From Octopus sinensis (taxonomy: Eukaryota): a stretch of 64,000 bases of DNA. Positions within the stretch are counted from its first letter, which is position 1. Each line of letters opens with the position of its first letter. The notes under the pieces were generated by a model. The model made no database searches. It saw only the letters and a program-made list of their open reading frames with translations, and had not been told where the DNA came from. The position numbers and the translations under genes were made by a program. The stretch lies in contig NC_043004.1 in the NCBI RefSeq assembly GCF_006345805.1, forward strand, positions 69,440,001 through 69,504,000, given 5' to 3'. This document shows, in pieces, positions 37,105 to 51,182 of this stretch.

Positions 37105-39309
37105 TGAACTCAGTGACAGATGAGGATAGGATTTGCAACTTTTTGGTGAACATTCTGCACTGATGATTTGTTTACTGCCTGGTCTGGGGATTGAACCCAC
37201 AATTATATGTGAGTGTGAAGGTACATGGCTTAGTGGTTAGGGTATTTGGCTCATGATCATAAGGTCATGAGCTTGATTCTCGGCAGCAAGTTGTGTCCTT
37301 GAGTAAGGCACTTTATTTTACATTGCGCCAGTCCACTCAGCTGAGAACTACATTAACCCATTAGCAGCATTCAGATTTCCCTGTCAAATATCGCTCTTAT
37401 ATATTCACATTATACATTATCTCATAGCTTTGAGATTTTAAAGATTGTAGGGTAGCCATGAGAGGCCGGATCTGGGCAGTTTGAATATAAAACATGCAGA
37501 ATGGCTGGTTTAAATATGAAGGGGGGAAAAGGAAAGTGTACCTGTAGAGTGCTCAGCCACTTGCACTTCAATTTTGCAAGCAGGCTTATGTTATTTGGAT
37601 TAACTAGAACCTTCATCAGCATCACCGATGCAGGGCCAGTTTGAGTGTGTTTGTTTTTCCCCTCATCTCCATAAGTGTTTGCTGACTATATATATAAAGC
37701 TCTTTCAAATGCTGTTTGCTTCCACTTCTTTGCATAACCATGTCAAGGTTGTTGGTTATTTGATAGACTGGGGAACCAGTGAGGCTTGGCACCAGGAAGG
37801 GCATCTGGCCATAGAAGCTCTATCCAAATGTAGTTCCACCCGATCCATGTAAGCATAGAAAAGTGGACGTTAAAATCATGATGATGATGATGATGTATAT
37901 GATGACTAATATTCTTCAAGAAATAGTCTTTTTGTTTATTATTGTTATTTTATCAGAAATTTCATTTCATTTTCTTTTTCATTAAAATTTTTCTGTCTCT
38001 CTTTCTCTCCTTTTCTGAGTGTGTTTGTGTGTGTCAGTGTGTATATATGCACAAATATGTGTGTGTGTGCATGCATGTATCTATGTGTATATATGTACAT
38101 ATATATATATATGTGTGTATGAAAATCTAATTCCATGATTCATACTACATAAATAGATTTTTTTCCTTCCAATCATACTCAGTGTTTTTTATGTGTTTTT
38201 CTTTTTTCTTGTTGTTTTTTTCTAAGCAATCACAAAGTTTTATGAAATTTAAGTACTTCGTTTAACCAGATTGATTTTTATTTTACCTTTTTTTATTATT
38301 TTTTTTTATTTCTATTTTTTTTTCTATTTTTTTTTTCTGATCAGAATTATTATAAAGAACAATTCATTTTATTCATCTCATATTTTATTTTTTCTCTTTT
38401 CAAAACCTCACTCAACAATTTTGAATTGTTAATTAAAATCCAAAAAGCTGGTTGAGACAAGTTTTCCTCTTTAAGCAACACCATGTGTGTTTTCTCTGAA
38501 GTTCCTTGTCAGATAAACCATTCTACTTGAAATAAGTGACTCGAGAGTCTTTCTACTTATGTATTGTTCCCCACCCCCTCTCCAAGTCTGGAACGCAAAG
38601 AACCTACACTAATTCTTTTCCATCATTTTGCAAACAAAGTAGCTTTTTTCAGTGCTATGGAAATATCACTCGTACTGATGCTCACTTGCGCAGCGCCATG
38701 CTGAAAGCACTCCGCACATATTGTGAAGTGGTTGGCATTAGGAAGGGCATCCAGCTGTAGAGACCAAGCCAAATCAGACTGGAACCTGGTGCAGCTTTCC
38801 TGCTTACCAGCTCTGATCAAACTGTCCGACCCATGCCAGCATGGGAAACAGATGTCAAAGGAGGAGGAGGAGGGGGAGGATCTTATTGCTGTTGTACTTT
38901 GGTACTTTTTTTTCTTATTGCACCAACAGAACAGTTGTGGCTGTGTGGTAAGAAGTTTGCTTCCCAACCACATGATTCTGGGTTCAGTTCCACTGCATGA
39001 CACCTTGGTCAAGCGTTCTCTGTTTTAACCCCCAGGCCAACCAAAGCCTTGTGAGTGGATTTGGTAGATGGAAACTGAAAGGAGCCCACCATGTGTGTGC
39101 GTGCATGTTTATGTATGTGGGTGCATGCATTTGTGTATGTGTGTGTGTGTGTGTGTGTGACTGTCTCCTTGCTTTGACATCAAATTAAAGGGGAGACTTT
39201 TAGATTGGCATATCTGACTACAGGAAAACCTGCCCAACCCCTGTGCGCATGAGAAAGTGGACATTAAAACTGATGGTTCTCATACATGTTAAAACAACAG
39301 AAATTAAAG

Positions 39310-39528
39310 TTTTACTCTTTTACTTGTTTCAGTCATTTGATTGTGGCCATGCTGGAGCACAGCCTTTAGTCAAGCAAATCGACCCCAAAACTTATTCATT
39401 GTTAGCCTAGTACTTATTCTATCGGTCTCTTTTGCTGAACTGCTAAGTTACAGGGACGTAAACACACCACCATCGGTGGTCAAGCGATGTTGGGGGGACA
39501 AACACAGACACACAAACATACAGACACT

Positions 39529-39563
<35 letters not shown>

Positions 39564-39695
39564 CAAGCTTCTTTCAGTTTCTGTCTACCAAATCCACTCA
39601 CAAAGCTTTGGTCGTCCCAAGATGCCACGCAGTGGGACTGAACTCGGAACCATGTGGTTGGTAAGCAAGCTACTTACCACACAGCCACTCCTACA
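39310..39695 (-). mobile_element. SINE family A with small internal deletion
   Basis: Tail, (TA)n middle and head present. Confidence 0.85.
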
Positions 39696-39939
39696 TCTAA
39701 AAAAAAATAAAAGGAATTTTCATGAACACATGATCTCTCAGATTTTTCTTTGAATTAAGTTTCCGTCCAGTACAACTTGGCACCACTGTTGTCACAGGCA
39801 TTGCTGTCAAAAGGTAGTGAACAGAACAGAAACCACAAGACAATTTCTTGACCCCCTAACCATTCTGCTAATCCAATTCAATCCAGTCTACCATCCTTTG
39901 GTGATGCTACTTTTTTTCTTCATCACTCCCTTATTTCTT

Positions 39940-40165
39940 TATTGCCCACAAGGGGCTAAACATAGAGGGGACAAACAAGGACAGACAAAAGAGATTAAGT
40001 CGATTAGATCGACCCCAGTGCATAACTGGTACTTAATTTATTGACCCCAAAAGGATGAAAGGCAAAGTCGACCTCGGCGGAATTTGAACTCAGAACGTAA
40101 CGGCAGACGAAATACCGCTAAGCATTTCGCCCGGCGTGCTAACGTTTCTGCCAGCTCACCACCTT
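39940..40165 (-). mobile_element. SINE family B, young full-length copy
   Basis: Near-perfect reverse complement of 2947-3182. Other B copies at 18745-18915 (-), 41715-41905 (-) and 63322-63555 (+). Confidence 0.88.
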
Positions 40166-40661
40166 TCTTTATCACTCTCTGGCATATTGATAGGCATGGT
40201 TGACTTTAGGGGGATTTGAACACAGAGTGAAAAGATACATCAAGCTAAGTAAAAGTATGGTTGCCCTTGCCTACAGGCTCATCCCTTGCAACCCTCTCCA
40301 GCTGAGCATCCCTGATCTTGCAGGCGAGTAGGGGCTGGTGCCATGTAAAAAGCACCCATACCAGTGGTGGGTAAAAGCATCCAGTACACTCTGTAAAGTG
40401 GTTGGCGTTAGGAAGGGCATCCAGCCATAGAAACTATGCTAAAGCAGACATGGAGCCTGAACAGCCCTTCAGTTGGTCAGCTTCTGTGAAACTGTCTAAC
40501 CCATGCCAGTATAGAAAATGGAAGTTAAATGATGATGATGATGAGTGCAGAGTACCTCAAACACTGCATGGCATTCTCTCCAGTGCTCTAAACATCTCAG
40601 CCAGTTTGTTACCTTAGATCAGAACTGGCCTGATGCTAAATAACAGCAGCCAATTTCAGCT

Positions 40662-40700
<39 letters not shown>

Positions 40701-41302
40701 CAAATGCTGGATTTCAAGGTTATGATGGAGACAAGCGAGGTAGAAGAAAAACACACAAGAGAAAAAAGAAAAGAGACAAATGAACAATCTGTATTTACGA
40801 ATTGAGATGTGAGTTCTTTTTTTCCCTTCCATTTTCCCTTCCAATTGTGTTTCTTACGTTCCTGTCAAATGTTATTGTTGACTGCATCATACAACAGCCA
40901 ATGTCCATAAACATTTACTTAATCACTTATTTTCTTTGCATTTATTTCACTCGCTTATTTTCTTAACTGTTTCCACCTAAATCTCGAGAAGAGACAATAT
41001 TTATATTTCATTGAGATTCTAGCAGCTGAAGTGTCTTAAATGCTGTGAATCGTTTTAAGATATTTAAGCAATGGTTAGGTTGTGCACATGCATGTATACA
41101 TGCGTGTATGTATGTGAAGTTCAGTGTATTTTCCAAAATAAAGTCTGAGGGAAGTGTTTTGCATACTAAATGAAAGCATAGCTGTCTCTCGATATTCTTT
41201 TATTGTAAAGTGATTGGATATCATAGAACAGGGAGTAGAAACGTTAGCTGACAGTATTTAAAATCCATTCATGGTTAACTTTGCCTTTCATCCTTTCAGA
41301 GT

Positions 41303-41645
41303 TACTCTTTTACTTGTTTCAGTCATTTGACTGTGGCCATGCTGGAGCACTGCCTTTAGTCGAGCAAATCATCCCCAGGACTTATTCTTTGTAAGCCTAG
41401 TACTTATTCTATCGGTCTGTTTTGCCGAACCGCTAAGTGACGGGGACGTAAACACACCAGCATCAGTTGTCAAGCAGTGTATATATACGACGGGCTTCTT
41501 TCAGTTTCCGTCTACCAAATCCACTCACAAGGCTTTGGTCGGCCCGAGGCTATAGTAAAAGGTACTTGCCCAAGGTGCCACGTAGTGGGCCTGAACCCGG
41601 AACCATGTGGTTAGTAAGCAAGCTACTTACCACACAGCCACTCGT
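41303..41645 (-). mobile_element. SINE family A
   Basis: Tail and head present; middle shortened. Confidence 0.85.
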
Positions 41646-42451
41646 ATGCCTATAAAATATAGTACCAGTCATATATTGGTGTCGTTAATGTAGGCTTCAA
41701 ATTTTGGCACAAGGCCAGCAAGTTTGGGAGATAGGGTAAGTCAATTATATTGACCCCAGTGCTCAACTGGTACTTATTTTATCAACCCCGAAAGGATGAA
41801 AGGCAAAGATGACCTTGGCAGAATTTGAACAGTATGTAAAAACAGATGAAATACCACTAAGCATTTTGCCCTGCATGTTAATGATTCTGCCAGCTCGCTG
41901 CCTTAGGGGTCATTAATTCTAACTGTTCCCTGCCTTCACATTTCTGGTATTGTTACTATGTAAGAAATCATCATCAACATCGTTTAACATCTGCTTTCTA
42001 TGCTGGCGTGAGTTGGATGGTTTGACAAGGAGCTGGCTTTCAGGGAGCTGTCCAGAGTCCCACCATCTGTTGTGGTATGGTTTCTACAGCTGGGTGCCCT
42101 TTCCAATGTCAACCACTTAACAGAGTGTGCTGGGTGCTCCTTACGTGCCTCCAGCTCAGCTGTGTTGATGCAGCACTGGCATAGGTGCATCAATGCAGTA
42201 TTCCGCACAGGTGCTCTTTAAGTGACATCAGCACCTGAAACAGCAGCCTATATGTGTGGAAGACTTCAGTTTTACTTAGCTTGACGTGTCTTATCAAGTA
42301 CAGCAAATCAATCTCATTTAATTTGGTGTCACATGTTTCAGTGTGATTGATGAGCCTGGCTGTTTCTAAGTAACTCAATTCTAGACGCAGATTCACAGAG
42401 ACACACCCACATGTCGTTCTCAAGTGACAGTATTTATTATTTTCTTGTTTT

Positions 42452-42845
42452 TAGGCATGACTCTGCTGTTAAGAAGCTCATTTTGCAATCATGTGGTTTG
42501 CATTTCAGTTCCACTGTGCAGTATTTTGGGCAAGTGTCTTCTGCTTTAGCCACGAGTTGACCAATGCCTTGTAAGTGAATTTGGCTGATGGAAATTGTGT
42601 GGAAGCCTGCCATTTGCAAGTGTGTGTGTCTGTATCTCCCCACTAAAGCTTGACAACCAATATTGTTTTATTCCTCATTACTTAGCAGTTCAGCAAAAGA
42701 GACAAACAGAATAAGCACTGAACTCTTCAAAAAACAAAAAGGTGGTGGGGAAATTAGTTCTGGGATTGATCTGTTCAACTAAATTCTTCAAGGCAGTGCC
42801 CCAGCATGGCCACAGTCTGCTAACTGAAACAAGTAAAAGCTAAGA
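42452..42845 (+). mobile_element. SINE family A, diverged
   Basis: Head, core and tail recognisable. Confidence 0.7.
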
Positions 42846-44204
42846 AAAACAAAAGAGAAGGACCATAAAGTGTAATTTTCGGGTGATATAACTACTATTT
42901 CTAGCGGAGGAAGCAACTTTGTAGAAACCCCATCGTTGGCTCATATTCCAGTTATGTTGTTCTAACATGTGACAGTTGTATTTCTTTTGGTGCTATGGAA
43001 TTCTTTCGTTGGCCCACAACCTTGGTTCTTGTTGCTGCTGTTGTTGTTGTTGCTGTTGCACCAATTCCACCACACCCTCCGTTATGTTTTTGAATTTCTA
43101 TTTTACATCCATTTTCCATGCATCAATGGGTGGGATGGTGTTGTTATTGGGGTAATTGTTTTTGCAGCTGGATGCTGATAACCCTTCCTATTGCTACCCA
43201 CTCGATGAACCAACGAGAAGGGCCTCTATATGCCAGAACAACCTGCTAGATGTAGCAGTCACAAAATTTTTTTGTTTCTTTCCCTCAAATCACATCCTAT
43301 GTTTTTAAATTTAAAATAAATAAAAAGAACACGTTGGTCAGCAAGGTCCCTGACATGCAAAAAAGATGGGGTGGCCACGGTTAGAATGCCTTTGATCATA
43401 GGCCCACTTGACTGGGGCTATCCTGGGGCCAGCAATAACAGAGAGTGTGTGTGTGTGTGTGTGTGTCTCCCACCCCTGTTCAATTATCAAACTTGTGGTG
43501 CATGCAGGGACAGAATACAGTAGACAGTAGCTGCAGATTTGAACTCGTGACTATGCAGTCAGTAATCCCGGGCTTTTACCTTATGTTAATTCTAATGCTC
43601 TATTAAACACTTTTTGCTGTCATTGTTTGGCCCCTGATGATTCCCTATTTGGCTGATCCATTGATCAAGGATATTCCATCCTTGATCGTAAATGCATGAT
43701 GCATTCAGATGTACACAATACAGAAGGATGTGATTGAAGGGTGATGTGACTGCTATTTCTAGCATGTTGAGCAGTTCTTTAGAGCTGCCCTCACTGACTT
43801 GTGTTGAACAGTGGTTATTAATAGAAACAGGTTGGCTGAGGGGAGATGGTATCAGACTAGCTATTCATAGGTTGAGAGTTCAAATCTTACTGTTGGTGTC
43901 CCATTATGGGACAGGACACTGTATTCTACATTCTTTCTATTGACCAGATCATCAGAGAATATTAACTGTGATATACTAAAATCCTATCCAATGAGAGATG
44001 TAGTTTTCCATCCACTTCCCACCATGAAATCAGAGCTAAGCAACAGCATCCATTGGGCCTTTGATGAATGCCTTTATGTGGATTTTCATTTGGCTAGAAG
44101 TAACAGCCAAATATCCTTCAAATCACACTCTATCTTAAAAAGAAATGGTGGTTAGGTTACACTAGTTAATGTAGTCCTGGAAGCACTGTACTTGAAATAT
44201 GTTA

Positions 44205-44620
44205 CTCCCTCTTTTACTTGTTTCAGTCATTTGACTGTGGCCATGCTGGAGCACAGCCTTTAGTCGAGAAAATCGACCCCAGGACTTATTCGTTGTAAGC
44301 CTAGTAGTTATTCTATCATTTTCTTTTGCCGAACCACTAAGTTACGGGGACGTAAACACACCAGCATCAGTTGTCAAGCGATGTTGGGGGGGGGGGACAA
44401 GCACAGACACATATGCATACACACACAAACATATATATATATATATATATATACGACAGGCTTCTTTCAGTTTCCGTCTACCAAATCCACTCACAAGGCT
44501 TTGGTCGACCCGAGGCTATAGTAGAAGACACTTGCCCAAGGTGCCATGCAGTGGGACTGAACCCGGAACCATGTGGTTCGGTTCGTAAGCAAGCTACTTA
44601 CCACACAGCCACTCCTACGC
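44205..44620 (-). mobile_element. SINE family A, full length
   Basis: Complete reverse-complement copy. Confidence 0.9.
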
Positions 44621-44761
44621 CTATGTTGATGGCTGGAACACTTATGATCATAAATTTGTTTAAATAGGATTAACTAAGGCCTGAACAACAGCATCAACTC
44701 TTTAGGAGACAGACATTTTTTAAATGTTAATCTGAAATGAAGGCAATAAACTAAAGATAAA

Positions 44762-45118
44762 TAGGTGCAGACATGGCTGTGTGGTAAGAAGCTTGCTTTG
44801 CAACCACATGGTTCTGGGTTCAATTCCACTGTGTGCCACTTTGGGCTAACCAAAAGCCTTGTGAGTGGATTTGGTAGATAGGAAACTGAAAGAAGCCCAT
44901 CATATCTATGTGTGTGTATGTCTTTGTGTCTGTGTTTGTCCCCCACCACTGCATGATAACCAGTGTTTGTGTGTTTACATCCCTGTAACTTAGCAGTTCA
45001 GCAAAAGAGGCCAAGGTTTAAAAAAAAAAAAGTGCTGTGGTTGATTCATTCAATTAAACATTTTTCAAGGTAGTGCCCCAGCATGGCCATAGTCTAATGA
45101 TGGAAACAAGTAAAAAAG
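44762..45118 (+). mobile_element. SINE family A, head-to-head with the previous copy
   Basis: Head at 44762, tail at 45118. Confidence 0.8.
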
Positions 45119-46404
45119 AATAAATAAATTAATAAACTCTAAAAAATTGCTGTTAAGCAGCCTCTTTCTCCAACCAATTTTTGCTTGAAGAATTGATTAA
45201 AAAAATAACAAATAAATTTTTTTTTAAAATAAGTAAAACGAAACAAGAGAAACAGAGAAAAAGCATCTTTGTTATGAGTTGAGTGATTGATTCATGAAAC
45301 ATCTTGTATCAGTTTGTTTCAGGATTTGATCTGGTCAGATTATCGTGGCTAAAACCAACTCTTTATTTTACACTCTGGAAGCTAAGCTTCTGCAGTATCA
45401 TTTTAACTCAGTAGTTTATTAAAATTAAAATGTCTCTTACAGTTTCGATATTGTTTTCTGAAGATGTTTTACTTCTGTCGTTGATCATCTGTCTCCACCA
45501 GTTCCTGCAAGTTCATTTATTTGGAAGGTTGTCCACCCAGCCGAACTACCACACACACACACACACCATTACTCAACTGGTACTTCTTTAATCGACTCCA
45601 AAAGAATGAAAGGCAAAGTCAAAAGGATTATTATTATTATTAGTAGTAGTAGTAGTAGTGTGTTGGACAAAATGCCTTGTGGTATTTGTTCTGGCTGTTC
45701 ATGTTCTGAGTTGAATTCTAACCAAGATTAACCATATTTTTCATCCCCCTAGGGTAGATAAAATAAAATACCATTCAACTACTAGGATCAATGGCATCCC
45801 CTAACCTGTCCCCACAAAATGGCTGGTATTGTGCCTAAATCAGAAACATGTGATGAGCTATGGCTGCAAACTATGAAGTTACTGTTTGCAGCTAGGCTTG
45901 AACTGGTGGTGTTAGCTGACGCTTGCTGTTTAAATCATTTCCTAGCTCTACACTTTCAAATTCATTTGGAATAAAAACACATCCATCTCTTAGAAACCAG
46001 ATAAGGGCTGGCAACAGAAATGGTATCCAACCATAAAAATCCTGCCTCAAAATCCTCTCCTCTTCCCTGTGTAACAAACAAACAATATACATATTCAAAA
46101 ATTATGAAATGAAGCTAAAAATCAGAGTGGTCAAGTGTAGGAATGGCTGTGAGATTAAAAAGTTCAGGTTGCAACCTGTTTCTGTGTGTCTTTTTTTACT
46201 TGTTCCTCGCTACCACTTAACTGCTGTTGGTTTGTTTACATCCCTATAACTTAGTGGCTTGGCAAAAGAGACTGATTGAGTAAGTACCAAGCTTAAATAA
46301 TGACTATCAGGGTCAGTTTGTTTGACCAAAGACCTTCAAGACGATGTCTCAGTATGGCTGCTGTCCAATGAATAAGACAAACAAATCATGGAAGATATAC
46401 AAGA

Positions 46405-46567
46405 TCGGTGCTGGAGTGGCTGTGTGGTAAGTAGCTTGCTTACCAACCACGTGGTTCTGGGTTTGGTTCCACTGCATGGCACCTTGGGCAAGTGCCTTCT
46501 ACTGTTGCTCAGGCCGACCAAAGACTTGTGAGTGCATTTGGTAGACGGAAACTGAAAAAAACCCGTC

Positions 46568-46623
<56 letters not shown>

Positions 46624-46820
46624 TTGTCCCCCCCCCCAACATCGCTTGACAACTGATGCTGGTGTGCTTACGTCCCCGTAACTTAGCGGTTCAGCAAGAG
46701 AGAGCGATAGAATAAGTACTAGGCTTATAAACAATAAGTCCTGGGGTCGATTTGCTCGACTAAAAGCAGTGCTCCAGCATGGCCACAGTCAAATGACTGA
46801 AACAAATAAAAGAGAAAAAG
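46405..46820 (+). mobile_element. SINE family A, full length
   Basis: Complete head, core and tail. Confidence 0.9.
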
Positions 46821-47327
46821 AAAAGAAAAATTGTCTACACACACACACACACACACACACGTACTTGTGTTCTAAAATTATTCCTATTGAAAGCTCCTGG
46901 TTTTGTTCTCATTGAAAGTCTCAAGAAACTCTGGTATTTACCTTCCAAATATATTCCGGTTGGCCTCTTTTGCAAATTAATCAAAGCCAAATTGATTTCC
47001 TCCAAAGTCTGCATCGATTACATTCCAGGTTATTTTGTCTGCATGCATGCAATATATATTGGGTATATATCTGTGTATGTGTATATGTGTGTGTGTGTGT
47101 GACAGAGAGAGAGAGAGACAGACAGACTATGGGTGAAAGAGAGGTTGGGATATATAGATCATTGTATCTTTCTTACAGTTTCATACTCATTTCTTATACA
47201 CACACAATTACACACACTCCATATTATGTGTGTGTGTATGTCTATGTCTCTCTCCCCCTTCTCACCCTCCCCTGTCTCTCGCTCTCTCTCTCTCTCTCTC
47301 TGTACATATATATACATATATATATAT

Positions 47328-47369
<42 letters not shown>

Positions 47370-47829
47370 TGGCAGTTCCAGTGTTGTTTATGGTGCCATA
47401 CAGTCAATTAACCGGTAATGATATATTCTGTCAAGTTATATTAATGTCAGTTGGATATTGGATGCATTTTGCATAATGTACATACTCTCTCTCTCTCTCT
47501 CTCTCTCTCATAGACACACACACACACACTCCTGAGGCTTCTCTCTGTTACTACTCAAAGTTTGTGTTTCTATTTTTTCACACCAGCCAATGAATAAATT
47601 TCACTATGTGCATTCAGTACATTCTCTGAAAATTGAAACACACACACATACGGACGTCGTTTGTATTTATTTATTAGAATAATTTCCCATACAAGACTAA
47701 TCTTGTTGCTTTCATTTTAGAATTTGTTTGACATCTAAACTGAAAGAAAGCTGCCTCGTCTTGTAACGGTCAATATTTTATTTCATCCATCCATCTCCGC
47801 CACCCCCACCAACAATTCCTGGGATGGTC

Positions 47830-48935
47830 TTAGAAGTAGCGACCACAGGCACCTCTTCCATGGGGTACTATCAGAAGCACCTGTCATTACACTTTCCAAT
47901 TAGATTTCCATACGCAACCAAGGCAACGGATATTACCCAACAATCTCAATCTTAGCCTTGCCTGCATTTCTCTTGCCAAAAGGCTCAGCTTGAAGAATCC
48001 ATCTTATGATTCATTCTGGTGAGATTCTGATTACATGTCTGCGGTGCCAGAGCTGTCACCTCCCAATGCACAGAAGTAGTAACTTGACCTGGAGAGACTC
48101 CCTCATAATCTCCAAACTACACACCTTGTTGAACTGAATTACATTTTCTACAGAGATCCTTTAAAGCAGCCCCTTTTCAGCTACTTATATTCGTGATTGT
48201 ACTCTTTTGAAGCACTCTTCCTTTGGGTCTTATCAGAAGCAACTGTATTTACACTTTCCACACGTGACCAATTGAGACTATATGTATTATCCAATCATCT
48301 GATTCTCAGTCCACTCCTAGGTCTTCCGTTGAGGCATGTGGCTTAGTGGTTAGGGTGTTGGACTCATAATTATAAGATTGGAGTTTCAGTTCCTGGACCG
48401 GGCAACGTGTTCTTGAGCATAACACTTCATGTTGCTCAAGTCCACTCAGCTGTCAAAAATGAGTAATCCTGCGATGGACCGGTGTCCCATCCAGGGAAGG
48501 AATCTATACACCATGGAAACTGGGAAACCGGCCCTTATGAGTCAGTATGACTTGAGAAGTTACCTTTACCTTATCTAGGTCTTTTGCCAGTTGGCTCAGC
48601 TTGAAGAATCCATCTTGCGTTTCTTTCCTGCAGCATTCTAATCACATATCTCTTGGGCTGGATCTTTGACCATTCAATGCAGAGAAGTACTAACTGAACC
48701 TGGACAGATACTCTGATCTCAAAACTATGCACCCTGTTTAGTAACATTATTTCAGAGATCCTTTGAAGCAACCCTGTTCCAGCTGTTAGCATTTGTGATC
48801 ATGCTCTTTTGAGACACCGTTTCCATTGGGTCTTTTCAGAAGCAACTCTATTTACACTTTTCAGCTGGATTTCTAAGCATGACCAAACTGAGGTTATGGA
48901 TATTATCCAAGCCAACATCTCATTCTTAGTCTAAA
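47830..48935 (-). mobile_element. Tandemly repeated RTE-clade LINE ORF 3'-end fragments (about 3 diverged units, interrupted by SINEs)
   Basis: Minus strand gives LLCIEWSK...VIRMLQERNARWILQAEPTGKRPR and a second RWILQAEPFGKR, like the RTE consensus IERSQLRW.GHV.RM...KRPRGRP. The motif CAGAAGCA(A/C)CT...TTACACTTT recurs at ~47873, ~48235 and ~48837. Confidence 0.75.
48326..48574 (+). mobile_element. tRNA-derived SINE (family D head) with 9-bp TSD
   Basis: Flanked by CTAGGTCTT at 48317-48325 and 48575-48583; head GGCTTAGTGGTTAGGGTGTTGGACTC. Confidence 0.85.
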
Positions 48936-49522
48936 GACCCCCTTCAGTCATGAATAACCATGGGATTGCATCTAGAAAGCACAAGTCCAGGCAAGGTTGT
49001 TTCTGGAAGACCAGCAACCACCCATGCATACTAGCCTGCCTTCTCTATACCATTATATGTACATAGGGTAAAGGGTAATGATCTCCTTTGGCCATGAATG
49101 ACAATGCTATTGCACCTCAAATGTTACCCTCCGAGCAATAACTCTGAGCAAGGTTGTTTGTGGAAGACCAGCAACCACCCATGCATACTAGCCTGCCTTC
49201 TCTATACCATTATATGTACATAGGGTAAAGGGTAATGATCTCCTTTGGCCATGAATGACAATGCTATTGCACCTCAAATGTTACCCTCCGAGCAATAACT
49301 CTGAGCAAGGTTGTTTGTGGAAGACCAGCAATCACCCATGCCTCCCCTCTCAACTGATGTTATCCAAGGGAAAGGCAAAGGTCAATACAGCTTGGTACCA
49401 ATGACATCACAGCTCATTTCTACAGCTGAGGGAACTTGCTCAAGAACACAACACCCAGCCCGGTCTGGGAATCAAACTCACTACCTCATGATTGTGAACC
49501 TGCTGCCGTAACCTCTGAGCCT
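48936..49522 (-). mobile_element. SINE family C with an internal 157-bp tandem duplication
   Basis: Reverse-complement tail at 48936, head at ~49520; GCAAGGTTGTTT recurs at 48991, 49148 and 49305. Confidence 0.75.
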
Positions 49523-50001
49523 ACCCCTAGGTCTTCTGCTGTGTAAAATTCCAGCTAATTAGGTGCACAATTGTAGCTTACAACATGGAGTATACGTTCA
49601 TTTTTATGTCATCACCATCACTTTATCATCCACTTTTCCATGCTTGCATGGATTGGACAGTTTCTTGAGGCAGATTTTCTATGGCTGAAGGCCCTTCCTA
49701 TCACCAACTTTTATCTGTTTTCCAAGCAAGGTAATATTTTCTCTGTGGCCAGACTTGTTTTGAACTGAAGACTGGAAATGAAAATCACATGTATGACAGT
49801 TATAACCAAACCATCCTTTAATATCAATATAAGGGGACACATACACACACATGCATATGGGTTTCATACAGTTTCTCTCTATCAAATCCAGTTACAAAGC
49901 TTTGGTCAGCTTGAGGCTGTAGCAGAAGTCAGTTGCTTAAGGTACTGCACAGTGGGACCTCAGCCAAGTATATATGTGTGTGTGTATACATACATACACA
50001 T

Positions 50002-50047
<46 letters not shown>

Positions 50048-50345
50048 ATATTTCGGAATGGTCATTTTGCCAGTTTAGCCAATAAAAACACATGCACTAT
50101 ACATTTGGTGTTATTTTGCTTCAGTGTTATTTATTTTTTACATTAATCTTAATCTTATTTCAGCCAGAGTTTTTTCGACACACTCCTGTGACCGCATCAG
50201 TGGTCCTTTGTTTTCTTCTTTCTTATTTGTGTCCCTCCTTACTAACCGTCAGCCATTTTGTATTTTATTGGCTAAACTGGCAAAATGACCATTGCGAAAT
50301 ATAACAATATCTGTTTCAACACACGACTTCACATAAAAAATCTTG

Positions 50346-50350
<5 letters not shown>

Positions 50351-50415
<65 letters not shown>

Positions 50416-50436
50416 AATGTATATATGTATATATAT

Positions 50437-50481
<45 letters not shown>

Positions 50482-50521
50482 GTAAATGTATATATATATA
50501 TATATATAAATGTATATATCA
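50351..50521. repeat. Long interrupted (TA)n microsatellite
   Basis: About 170 bp of nearly pure TA. Many shorter (TA)n, (CA)n, (GA)n and (GAT)n tracts occur throughout the window. Confidence 0.95.
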
Positions 50522-51182
50522 TTGCCGTTTAACGTTAGCTTTCCATGCTGGCATGGGTTGGACCATGTATATATATATATATATATACACACATGCACAC
50601 ACATACATCATACATACAAAAAATATATGTATATATATACACATACACACATATATGTATGTGTATGTGTAGTATATACTTGTGTGTTGTGTGTATGTAG
50701 CATATGTATATGAAATGTATTTTTAGTATATATAATACACACCCACGCATGTGGGTGTGTGTGTGGGTGGGTGATAAATATTTACATAGGTATTAAAGCT
50801 TGCTTCAAAGGTTATTTCTCCTAACGTCTCTATTTCTCATCTAAATGAGTCCGACCTATAGATTCTGTTTCTCTTGACTCCATGTAGTGTCAACACAAAA
50901 TGTTGTTCTTATGACATTACCAAATAAACAGTTAAGTGGTGCTACTCTGGCACTGTGTGCTCTGCTCACTATGGCTTCATATCACCCTTCAGAGGTAAAT
51001 AACTGTGACTAAATGGCTTCAGATTAAAGTCCCATATGTCATCCTGGTAATTGTCTGTAGTTTTGGTCTTTTTGTCATCACAGGTGCTTTGTATATATAG
51101 TTTTTCTCTTTTGCTCCTTGTCTAAGCATTTCCATGGCTTGGGTCTTCTATTTGTCATCTCATTATGAACAAGTGTTACTCT

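Noticed and set aside
40870-40930. IQQPM as GRK exon 3 (QQPIG motif)
   Set aside because: No IG, no acceptor in the right phase, and the flanking translation is unlike GRK.
43490-43910. tRNA genes (GAGTTCAAATC B-box motifs at ~43545 minus and ~43867 plus)
   Set aside because: No cloverleaf can be formed; these are decayed SINE heads.
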